Positions 55,003 through 63,157 of a stretch of 64,000 nt of DNA are shown piece by piece (within the stretch, counting starts at the first letter, position 1; every line of letters starts with the position of its first letter). Below the pieces are notes generated by a model, which worked only from the letters and a program-made list of their open reading frames with translations, did no database searches and had not been told where the DNA came from. This DNA is from Verrucomicrobiia bacterium (lineage in GTDB: Bacteria; Verrucomicrobiota; Verrucomicrobiia; JADLBR01): positions 25,918 to 89,917 of the forward strand of contig DAOOOX010000016.1 of assembly GCA_035387945.1 (NCBI GenBank), written 5' to 3'. The translations under genes and the position numbers were made by a program.

Positions 55003-58000
55003 CTACAATGCTTTGCTGGTTGTTGTGCTTGTTGGCGTGGATTTTTGACTGAGCCATTCGCTCGCGCGTTGGCGGGCGGCGGCCATCTTGGGGTAACGGA
55101 CCTCGCGGTAGCCTGTAACCGACTCGGGAAGGCGCAGGGCTCGGGCCCACGAGTGGTAGTCGTCATCGCGGGAGAAGCGGAATTCGTCGGCTAGTTTCAG
55201 ATACCAGTCGCGGAACTCGCGTTCCACGGCGTGCCAGGCCGGGAACCATCGGCGCAGGAACCGGCATTCGCGCATCAGGCGGAGCATCCAGTCGCGGGAG
55301 CGGATCTTGAACCGGAAGGTGTGGCCGCCGAAGACGAACTCGGGTCGGTTGATGTGGCGGTAGATGATGTGGTCGCCCCGGTCGGGATCGATACCGTAGC
55401 GCTCGCGATCGCGGGCGTATTTCTCCTCGCTCGTGAGAAGGTGCGCGACCCAGACTTCGTCCTTGATGGCCATGACGCGGTGGGCGTTCCAGATCACGGC
55501 TTTGGTGGCGGCAAAGTCGTGCTGCGCCGAGTCACGCCGATAAACGGATAGCACGGAGTCGATGTACCTCTGGGCGTAGGCGGGGCCGTCGTACTGGAGG
55601 AGATCGTGGATCCGGACGGCGAACAGCCGGAGGCTCTCCCGGTCGATGCGGAGCGGTTCGACTGCGCGGGTGACCAGCTGGAAGAGCTGCTGGGCGCGGC
55701 GCTCCCCGCGCCGACCGCGCTTGCGCAGGATGGCGCACTTCTCCGCGATCACGTCGTTGTAAGTGGGTGCGGGGGCGCGTTTCTCCTCGGCGCCGCGGGC
55801 CGCGAGCCAGCGACCCAGATTGAAGGCCTTCCAGTTCTCGGTGGCGGCCGGTCCCATCGTCTCGCGGATGGCCCACTCGAGGCTCTCGATGGAGAGCGGC
55901 AATTCACCCCGCTGGAAGGCGATGCCGATCATCAGGATATTGCCGTAGAGCTTGGTGCCGAAATAGCGCTCAGACAGCTCGGAGACACTGTGGCCAAAGT
56001 ATCGGTCGGCGATGGTGTTGCGCCGGATGGCGTCCTCGATGTCGGCAACGCAGAAGTCATCCTTGCCGAGTAGGGTGAGGATGGTGGGCGTCTTGGACGT
56101 GTTGATGATGGCGGCGGTGTGGAGGCGGGAGCCGACGCGCTGGTTGGTCGAGGGATCGAGTCCCCGGGCGGCCTCGAGGGCGTCGATGCCGAGGATCAGG
56201 TCGGCCTTGCCGTAGGGGATGAGGTTCGAGGAGTGGTTGCGGCCGGGCCGGGTGTAAGTGATCTGGGAGTAGATGCCGCCATTCCGGATGGCGAGGCCGG
56301 CCTTGTCGCAGAACTTGACCTCGAATCCCTCGCGATGGCCCGCGCGGACGAGGGTGGCGGTGGAACTGGCGACGCCCATCCCGCCAACGCCGGCGAGGTA
56401 CACGCGCCAAGAGGCATCGAATTCGCGGGGCGCGGGGAGCGGGATGCTGTCGATGTCGAGGCGGTCGAGGCGCGGGCTGGGTTTCTTGTGTCGGACGATG
56501 ACGATCTCCTCGAAGGAGGGGCAGGCGTAGGTCTTAGTGCAGGCGGTGTCGGCGACGCACCACGAGAGATCGGTCTGCAGTTTTCGGCCGAAATCCGTCT
56601 CGACGAAGGTGAGGCCGGGGCAGCCGGTGGCCAAAGTGCACTCCAGGCAGTGCTCGCAGACATCGGCGGCCACATTGACGAAGCGCTTGTGGCGGAGGTA
56701 GCCGCGTTTCCGGATCTCGGCGCGCTCCTCGCGGGCGCGGGCGCGATGGAACGTGATGCCGCACTCCTTGTCGGCGATGATCACCTTGACCCCGTCGCGG
56801 AGGATCGTGTTCTCGAGGATGCGCCGGTAGTGGTCGCGGTTGGCAGGGTTGGTCCGGATGACCTCCGCGCCGCCGTCGCGCGTGATGGCCGAGGCGATAC
56901 CGTCGATGTTCTGGGTGAATGTCTCGTTTCCGAGGATGTCCCTGTCCATGCCGGGCGTGATCTGGTGCCCGGTCATGGCGGTGGTGCGGTTGTCCAGGAT
57001 GATGTAGGTGATGTCCTGCCCGTTCTTGATGGAGTTGGAGATGGCGAGCTGGCCGCTGTGGAAGAAGGTCGAGTCGCCCATGAAGACGACCTGCTTGTTG
57101 ACAATGAACGCGTCGATGCCGAGGCCGGTGCCACCGCCGAGGCCCATGCCGCTGTAATTGTGCATGAGGTCTTTGGTGGGCTCGAACATCAGCATCGTGT
57201 AGCAGCCGGTGTCGCCGTGAAAGACCAGGTCCACGGGGCCGTGCTTGTGGCGGCTCGCCATGTAGGCCGGGTCGCGGAAGGACTTCTTGATGTCGACCAG
57301 CACCGAGGCGGAATCCCGGTGTGGGCAGCCGGGGCAGAAGGTCGGGGTGCGGGGGGCGAGTTTGACGTCGGCGTTTGCGGTCTCCGCGACAAGCGCGAGT
57401 TCGACCTCGACCGCGGCGACATCGACCGGGACGAGCGGGTCCTGGAGCTTGAGCAGGATCGGGGCCAGGCACTCGATCAGGATGGAGGGGTTGAGGCCGC
57501 GGTGCGCGGGGATCCCGGCCAGGTCGCCGGGCAGGGTCTTGCCCCAGACCTTGGTGCGGAGATCGTCGTGGTTGGCGATGGCGGTGATCTGTTCCTCGAT
57601 GAAGCCGCGGCGCTCCTCCACGACGATGATCTCCTCGGCGATCTGGGCGAGCCGCCGGATCTGCGCCGGGTTGATGGGGTAGGTGACCCCGATTTTGAGG
57701 ATGGGCATTGCGTCGACGAGGCCCATCTCGGCGAGGGCTTGCTCGAGGTAGGAGAAGGCGAGCGCGGAAGAGACAAAGCCGTAGCGGAATTTCTTTCCTG
57801 GCGCCGCGCCCGGCGGGAGCGCGATGCGGTCGACGCCGTAGTTTTCCGCCGAGGCCCAGAGGCGCTGGTAGCGGGAGGGAAAGTCTCTCTCCTTGCGCCA
57901 CGTGCGCGGGGGGAGGAGGACCTTGTTCTCGAAATCGACCTTCGAGGTATCGAGTTCGATGGGGTTGTTGGTGTTGATGCGCGGGAGGTTGTTGCGCCGC

Positions 58001-58593
58001 ACCCGGACGCTGCCTCCGCCGTCCGCCTGGTTGGTCGTGATGAGGTAGCCGATGTAGAGCTCGGCCTCGCGGGAGAGTTTGAAGCCGATGTCGATCCAGT
58101 CCTTGATCTCCTGGTTGCTGGTTGGCTCGAGGACCGGCATGTGGAGGTGCTTGGCCAGATAGCGGGAGTCGGCCGGCACCTGGGTCGAGTCGCTCCAAGG
58201 ATCGTCGCCCATGACGACGATGGCGCCACCGTCGGGGTGCGCGCCGCCCAAGTTCCCGAGCGCGAGGGCATCGGAGGCGACGTGGACCCCGACGCTTTTC
58301 ATGACCGCGATCGCCCGCAGGCCGAGCATCTGGGACCCGTTGAGCATCGCGACGGACAGGGCCTCGTTGTGCGCCAGGACCGCGCGAATGCCGTAGTGCT
58401 TGGGGATCTCGGCGATCCGTTCGATGGTGTCGAAGAAGCCCGCGACGGGGGACCCTGGGTAGCCCGTCCAGAGGTGTGAGCCGCCCTCGGTTTCGAGCAA
58501 CCCCTTGACCATCAACTCGTTGCCCGTGAAAACCTCCGTGCCCTCTTCCTTCAGGAAACGGGGGTCGGCACCGGCGGCCAAGCTTTTCGACAT
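55003..58593 (-). CDS. indolepyruvate/2-oxoacid:ferredoxin oxidoreductase family protein (fused alpha-beta, ~1200 aa type)
   Basis: 1196 aa. The N-terminus reads FTGNELMVKGLLETEGGSHLWTGYPGSPVAGFFD. It has a TPP motif (GDSTFFHSG) and a ferredoxin-like Cys cluster (CEHCLECTLATGCPG). Confidence 0.9.
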   Translation of the reverse strand: MSKSLAAGADPRFLKEEGTEVFTGNELMVKGLLETEGGSHLWTGYPGSPVAGFFDTIERIAEIPKHYGIRAVLAHNEALSVAMLNGSQMLGLRAIAVMKSVGVHVASDALALGNLGGAHPDGGAIVVMGDDPWSDSTQVPADSRYLAKHLHMPVLEPTSNQEIKDWIDIGFKLSREAELYIGYLITTNQADGGGSVRVRRNNLPRINTNNPIELDTSKVDFENKVLLPPRTWRKERDFPSRYQRLWASAENYGVDRIALPPGAAPGKKFRYGFVSSALAFSYLEQALAEMGLVDAMPILKIGVTYPINPAQIRRLAQIAEEIIVVEERRGFIEEQITAIANHDDLRTKVWGKTLPGDLAGIPAHRGLNPSILIECLAPILLKLQDPLVPVDVAAVEVELALVAETANADVKLAPRTPTFCPGCPHRDSASVLVDIKKSFRDPAYMASRHKHGPVDLVFHGDTGCYTMLMFEPTKDLMHNYSGMGLGGGTGLGIDAFIVNKQVVFMGDSTFFHSGQLAISNSIKNGQDITYIILDNRTTAMTGHQITPGMDRDILGNETFTQNIDGIASAITRDGGAEVIRTNPANRDHYRRILENTILRDGVKVIIADKECGITFHRARAREERAEIRKRGYLRHKRFVNVAADVCEHCLECTLATGCPGLTFVETDFGRKLQTDLSWCVADTACTKTYACPSFEEIVIVRHKKPSPRLDRLDIDSIPLPAPREFDASWRVYLAGVGGMGVASSTATLVRAGHREGFEVKFCDKAGLAIRNGGIYSQITYTRPGRNHSSNLIPYGKADLILGIDALEAARGLDPSTNQRVGSRLHTAAIINTSKTPTILTLLGKDDFCVADIEDAIRRNTIADRYFGHSVSELSERYFGTKLYGNILMIGIAFQRGELPLSIESLEWAIRETMGPAATENWKAFNLGRWLAARGAEEKRAPAPTYNDVIAEKCAILRKRGRRGERRAQQLFQLVTRAVEPLRIDRESLRLFAVRIHDLLQYDGPAYAQRYIDSVLSVYRRDSAQHDFAATKAVIWNAHRVMAIKDEVWVAHLLTSEEKYARDRERYGIDPDRGDHIIYRHINRPEFVFGGHTFRFKIRSRDWMLRLMRECRFLRRWFPAWHAVEREFRDWYLKLADEFRFSRDDDYHSWARALRLPESVTGYREVRYPKMAAARQRASEWLSQKSTPTSTTTSKAL

Positions 58594-58870
58594 GCCCCCT
58601 AGTTTAGGTGCGGAGGTGGGGCGTGCAAATCAAAAGGCGGTACCAACTTCCAGATCGTAAGACAACTGGCGGGAAGCCCTTCGCCCTGCCCATAGAATTC
58701 CACGCGGCGGATCGCAGTCTGGCCTCGCCGAACGGTCAGGCCTTTCGCCGACTTGTCGCGAAGGACACACCGGCGTGGGGACTTGGCCCGTTCTTCCATG
58801 GGCGCGGTGGTGAACCTGACGACGCCTTGGAGATTGTCTTTGATCCGAAGGGACGGATCGCTCCGGTTGC

Positions 58871-58965
58871 ACTGACTCGAGAATTTTGACACCGAATCGT
58901 AGGAGCCTGCTTGAAGGCGATTCGAATCGCGCGCAGGCGCGCTCCTAGGTCCCATTTTCTTCCCC
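58871..58965 (+). repeat. two-armed REP doublet, copy 4
   Basis: actgactcgagaattttgacaccgaatcGTAGGAGCCTGCTTGAAGGCGATTCGAATCGCGCGCAGGCGCGCTCCTAGgtcccattttcttcccc. It shares the extra actgactcga edge with copy 1. Confidence 0.85.
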
Positions 58966-58972
58966 GGTGGTG

Positions 58973-58997
58973 CCCCGCCGCGCGGGGATCATTTTTT
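58973..58997 (+). terminator. intrinsic-terminator-like hairpin plus T6 on the plus strand
   Basis: ccccgc-cgc-gcgggg (58973-87), then atc and tttttt (58992-97). No plus-strand gene lies upstream. Confidence 0.4.
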
Positions 58998-59035
58998 CCC
59001 TATCCCAGCACGATCCGGGCTCGTGAGGGTTTGGG

Positions 59036-59057
59036 GCCCATCTGTGGCCAGATGGGC
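59036..59057 (-). terminator. 9-bp hairpin just downstream of the nadB stop
   Basis: gcccatctg-tggc-cagatgggc lies 13 nt past the nadB stop on the minus strand. No U-tract follows, so terminator function is uncertain. Confidence 0.3.
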
Positions 59058-59069
59058 TAAGGGTTGGGC

Positions 59070-60671
59070 TCAGGATTCCGCCCGGCGCATGATCGTGTCG
59101 TTGAGGGGGGCGTCGCTGGATTCGGGGTAATCGAGGGTGAAGTGGAGGCCGCGGCTCTCGTGCCGTGCGGTGGCGCACCCGACGATGAGCAGGGCCACGC
59201 GCACGAGGTTGCGGAGTTCGACCAGGTCGCTCGTGAGCTTAAAATTCCAGTAGAAATCGTTGATCTCCCGCCAGAGGTTCTGGAGGCGGGTGTTGGCGCG
59301 CTGGAGGCGGCGGTTGGTCCGGACAATCCCGACGTAGTCCCACATTAGCCTCCGGATCTCGTCCCAGTTATGCGAGATGACGACCATCTCGTCGGGATTC
59401 GTGAGGCCGCCGGATTCCCATGCGGGAATTTCGGGCGGCCGTGGCGGGCGGTCGCTGTTTCGGGCGCGCAAGGCGGCGCGGTGGGCGATCACCAGGGCCT
59501 CGAGGAGAGAATTGGAAGCCAGTCGATTTGCGCCATGGAGGCCGGTGTGGGCGACTTCGCCGATGGCGTAGAGGCCGCGGAGGGTGGTGGCGCCGTAGAG
59601 GTCGACGGCCACGCCGCCGCACTGGTAGTGGGCGGCGGGCACGACGGGTATGGGCTCTCTGGTGATATCGATGCCCAGGCGGAGGCAGGTGTCGTGGATC
59701 ATCGGAAACCGGTCGCGGGTGAATTCGGCGGGCCGGTGCGTGAGATCCAGGTAGACGCACGCCGCGCCGGAGCGCTTCATCTCGGCGTCGATGGCGCGGG
59801 CCACGATGTCTCGCGGGGCCAGATCTTTTCGGGGGTGGGCGTGCTCCATGAAAGCGCGCCCCGATTGGTCCACGAGACGACCGCCCTCGCCGCGGAGTGC
59901 CTCCGAGATCAGGAAGGGTTTTGTCCCGGGCCGGTAGAGGCAGGTGGGATGGAACTGGATGAACTCCATGTTCGCGATCGTGGCGCCGGCGCGCCACGCC
60001 ATGGCGACACCATCGCCGGTGGCGATCTCCGGGTTGGTGGTGTGGAGGTAAACCTGGCCGCATCCTCCCGTGGCCAGGGCCGTGACCGGCGCCGAGAACG
60101 TGTGCACCTCGCCGCCCTTCCTGTCGAGGGCATAGAGCCCGATGCATCGGTCGGGACTCGAGGGATCGAGCTTGCGGGCGGTGATGAGGTTGACGCCGAT
60201 GTGGTCCTCGAAGACCTCGATGTTGCCGTGAGACTCGATGGCGGCGAGAAGCGCGCGCTCGACCTCCTGGCCCGTCGCGTCCTTGGCATGCAGGACGCGC
60301 CGTTTCGAGTGGCCGCCCTCGCGCCCCAGGTCGAGCTCGCGGCCGCCGCCGCCCTCCCGCTCCCGCTCGGTGAAGCGCATCCCGAACTCGACGAGCTCGC
60401 GGACGCGCGCGGGCCCCTCTTCGACGATGGTGCGGACGACGTCCTCGTGGCAGAGGCCCGCGCCGGCGCGGAGGGTATCCTGGACGTGAAGTTCGAAGGA
60501 GTCCTCTGCCGAGGTCACGCACGCGATGCCGCCCTGGGCGTAATTGGTGTTCGACTCGGCGCGGGATTTCTTGGTGACGATGCCCACGCGGCCGCCTTCT
60601 GCGACCTTGAGCGCGAAGCTCAGGCCGGCGATGCCACTGCCTACGACCAAGAAATCAAAATCGTGTTTCAT
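59070..60671 (-). CDS. nadB: L-aspartate oxidase
   Basis: 533 aa. It carries FDFLVVGSGIAGLSFAL (FAD), NTNYAQGGIA, HPTCL, RGEGG and GLYAIGEVAHTGLHGANRLASNSLLE. Confidence 0.92.
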   Translation of the reverse strand: MKHDFDFLVVGSGIAGLSFALKVAEGGRVGIVTKKSRAESNTNYAQGGIACVTSAEDSFELHVQDTLRAGAGLCHEDVVRTIVEEGPARVRELVEFGMRFTEREREGGGGRELDLGREGGHSKRRVLHAKDATGQEVERALLAAIESHGNIEVFEDHIGVNLITARKLDPSSPDRCIGLYALDRKGGEVHTFSAPVTALATGGCGQVYLHTTNPEIATGDGVAMAWRAGATIANMEFIQFHPTCLYRPGTKPFLISEALRGEGGRLVDQSGRAFMEHAHPRKDLAPRDIVARAIDAEMKRSGAACVYLDLTHRPAEFTRDRFPMIHDTCLRLGIDITREPIPVVPAAHYQCGGVAVDLYGATTLRGLYAIGEVAHTGLHGANRLASNSLLEALVIAHRAALRARNSDRPPRPPEIPAWESGGLTNPDEMVVISHNWDEIRRLMWDYVGIVRTNRRLQRANTRLQNLWREINDFYWNFKLTSDLVELRNLVRVALLIVGCATARHESRGLHFTLDYPESSDAPLNDTIMRRAES

Positions 60672-60809
60672 GTCAATGGTTGATCCTTGATCTTCCGTGC
60701 TTGCGGGGGGTGGGTGCTGCGGCTACTGTAGGCGTAGGCCCAACATTGATGAAACCGCGACGGAATGCAATGGCGCGGTGAGGTGTTGGGTCCACCAGGA
60801 GATTCAGCG

Positions 60810-61124
60810 ATGAGCGAAACAGATAATGTGGCGACGAAGGAGAGGCTGATACGAGATTTCAAATCACTTCTCGGGGAATTCGAGTCTTTGGTTCGCGATG
60901 GGGCTTCCCAACTCGGCGAGAAGGCGGGCGCGGCCCGCGAGCAGCTCGACCAGAACCTGAGGAAGTTGCGCGGCCAGCTCGAGGATGTTGAGGGGCGCGT
61001 GTTCGAGCACGGCAAGGTCATGGCGAAAGCCACCGATGACCTGGTGCACGACCATCCCTGGGAGTCGGCGGGGGTTGCTTTTGGGGCTGGCTTGTTGATT
61101 GGCATTCTGATCAATCGGCGGTAG
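60810..61124 (+). CDS. DUF883 family membrane-anchored protein (ElaB/YqjD-like)
   Basis: 104 aa from ATG 60810. It has a coiled N-terminal part, and its C-terminus DHPWESAGVAFGAGLLIGILINRR is the ElaB/YqjD tail-anchor signature. Confidence 0.8.
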   Translation: MSETDNVATKERLIRDFKSLLGEFESLVRDGASQLGEKAGAAREQLDQNLRKLRGQLEDVEGRVFEHGKVMAKATDDLVHDHPWESAGVAFGAGLLIGILINRR

Positions 61125-61134
61125 GCCGGATCTA

Positions 61135-61527
61135 ATGGCCGACTTTCTGTTTGGATCCCGGGGTCTAGTCGAATCGCTCCGCGGTTCGCTGGAGACCGCA
61201 CTGCGCATCATCGAGGCCCGGCTTGAACTGCTGGGCATCGAGTTGCAGGAAGAGAAGCACAGGCTTCTTGGGCTGGCGGTTTTGGCGGCCGGGATGCTGG
61301 TGTTCGCCGTGCTTGCGCTGGTGGTGCTGACGGTCGGCCTCATCGCCCTTGCGTGGGATGATCCTGCGCTTCGGCACCCGGTGATCTGGGGGATCTTCGC
61401 GGTCTATGTGGCGTCGGCGCTGGTGTGCTGGCGGATGTTCGCGTCGCGTGTCTCGAAGCAGGCGCGCCTTTTTGAGGGCACGATCGAGGAATTGCGCAAG
61501 GACCGGTCATGGCTGCGGCCCCGCTGA
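61135..61527 (+). CDS. YqjE-like (phage-holin-family/DUF1469) membrane protein
   Basis: 130 aa. It carries RIIEARLELLGIELQEEKHRLLGL followed by two TM helices. Its position after a DUF883 gene mirrors E. coli yqjD-yqjE. Confidence 0.7.
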   Translation: MADFLFGSRGLVESLRGSLETALRIIEARLELLGIELQEEKHRLLGLAVLAAGMLVFAVLALVVLTVGLIALAWDDPALRHPVIWGIFAVYVASALVCWRMFASRVSKQARLFEGTIEELRKDRSWLRPR

Positions 61528-61844
61528 AGGTCTTGGAGCTGAGGAAGCGGTTGCTGCTGGAGCGCATTTCGCTACAGCGCGGCGAGATGGCGGCGCATCT
61601 GCGCGGTGTTCGTCGGGGCGTGTCTTGGGTCTCGCTCGGCGTCGGGGCCTTGGGAGCGATTCGGGGTGCGGCCGGGGCCTTGGCGGTGGCGAAGCTGGTT
61701 GCACCGGGAGGCCAACGGAAGCTCTTGCCGATGCTGCTGGCCGGTGCCACGGCCGCGTGGGGGTTGGGCAAGGCCGCCGCCGGGATGGTGCGCCGACGGT
61801 GGTTGGCGCGGCGCGGCGTCTTGGACGTGGCGTCGGTCAAGTGA
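61509..61844 (+). CDS. YqjK-like protein
   Basis: 111 aa, overlapping the previous gene by 19 nt. It carries LELRKRLLLERISLQRGEMAAHL followed by a hydrophobic segment, as in YqjK. Confidence 0.55.
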   Translation: MAAAPLKVLELRKRLLLERISLQRGEMAAHLRGVRRGVSWVSLGVGALGAIRGAAGALAVAKLVAPGGQRKLLPMLLAGATAAWGLGKAAAGMVRRRWLARRGVLDVASVK

Positions 61845-61873
61845 CGGTAACCCGTCCTTCCGCGCGTTGTACC

Positions 61874-62101
61874 TAACCCGGATATTTCACAGCCTTGCGG
61901 GCTGTGAAATTCCGGGCTCTGGGAAAACCGCGCCATGAGAGCCATTTATTGGGAAAGGTCTGGCAAAGACTGGGATTTTTCGCGGTTGCAGAGTGTGTTT
62001 CGCGGATCGGTGGCACCAGACCCTCCAAAATCGCGTTTTTCGGAGCGCGGTTTTCCTTTGAGCCTGCATGTTTCACGCGGGAGCGTGAAACATGCAGGCT
62101 A
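61874..62101 (+). repeat. ~230-nt structured repeat, copy B
   Basis: It has the same architecture as 23711-23936. The terminal hairpin is gcctgcatgtttcacgc/gcgtgaaacatgcaggc. ctaaccc occurs at both element edges. Confidence 0.85.
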
Positions 62102-62129
62102 ACCCATGTCGTGACTGGAGCGCGCGGGT

Positions 62130-62972
62130 CTATTGTTTGGCGGGTGGCGCGGGGATTGGGAATGCGGGGGCGTCTGTGCCCGCGGGCGCCGGGACGGGTT
62201 TGGCCGGGGGTTGTTCCTTCTCTGCCGTCGGATCGCTGAGTTTCGGCAGGATGGGGCCCATGGTCGGGGGAGCCGTCGGCGTGGGCTCTTCTTTGGCGGG
62301 TTTCGGGGAAAGGGCCGCGAGCCTCTCGAGGTCGAAGCCGGGTATCTTGACGGAGGCCGCCTGCAGGATTCGCGTCAGGACGGCCCGCTGGAGATCGCGC
62401 CCATTCTGGATGTTCGTGAAGGCGATGCCGGAGAGCTTTATCTCGTTGATCAGGGGAGGGGGGTTGGGTGATGCCGAAAAATCGAGGGCCTCGATGCGTT
62501 CGGCGCTCATCTCGACGCGCTCGATCAGGAACTGGTGGGGCGGTATCGGTGACTTGCCTGCGGGACGTTTTTCTTCGGGGGACAGGACGAGGGCCTTGAT
62601 CCGCTCGAGGTTCAGTTCGCCCAGGGCCGTGCGGACGATGACGAGACGGGCGATGTCGAGCGTGAGCTTGCGCACGACCAGGTGGCCGGACTGGAGCCGC
62701 TCGAGGTCGAACTCGATCTTTGCGCTGGGGATATCGAGGCAGCGGCGTTCGGGGAAGTGGCCCGGATTGACGAGTTCGAGGCCCTTGATGTTGATGGTTG
62801 CCTTGGCCAGATTGACCTCTGCGGTGCCGCCGGTCCACGTGAGACCGGTTTCTCGCTCGACGGCGCTCTCAAGCAGGCGGCTGGCCAGACGGTCGCGAAA
62901 GAAGAAGAGTCCCGCGACCACCAAAACCAGAAACCCGACGAGCGTGCATAGCCCGCTGAACAGGCGCAGCAT
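62130..62972 (-). CDS. membrane-anchored hypothetical protein with Pro-rich tail (AsmA/DUF748-like?)
   Basis: 280 aa with an N-terminal TM helix. Phrases such as VNLAKATINIKGLELVNP are typical of AsmA-like proteins. The C-terminal tail is Pro/Ala/Lys-rich and of low complexity. Confidence 0.5.
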   Translation of the reverse strand: MLRLFSGLCTLVGFLVLVVAGLFFFRDRLASRLLESAVERETGLTWTGGTAEVNLAKATINIKGLELVNPGHFPERRCLDIPSAKIEFDLERLQSGHLVVRKLTLDIARLVIVRTALGELNLERIKALVLSPEEKRPAGKSPIPPHQFLIERVEMSAERIEALDFSASPNPPPLINEIKLSGIAFTNIQNGRDLQRAVLTRILQAASVKIPGFDLERLAALSPKPAKEEPTPTAPPTMGPILPKLSDPTAEKEQPPAKPVPAPAGTDAPAFPIPAPPAKQ

Positions 62973-63157
62973 ACGACTCCCTTATAATCACGATTTGGCG
63001 GGCCGCCAACCGGAAAATTGGTCAGCGCGGGCGCACCGTGTGGGGGACTTCGGCCTCGAATGAGGCTTTCGACGGGGTATCGACGAAAGTCCGGCGGGAT
63101 ACCCGGCCCAGGATTTGCGGTGCATGGGCGGAGGGCGTTGTGCAAGAATGCGCGCCC

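Noticed and set aside
58608-58889. 93-aa plus-strand ORF upstream of REP doublet copy 4
   Set aside because: It starts with GTG and has no motifs. Its third-position GC is clearly lower than in neighbouring genes, and it terminates inside the repeat. It was kept only as part of the spacer observation.
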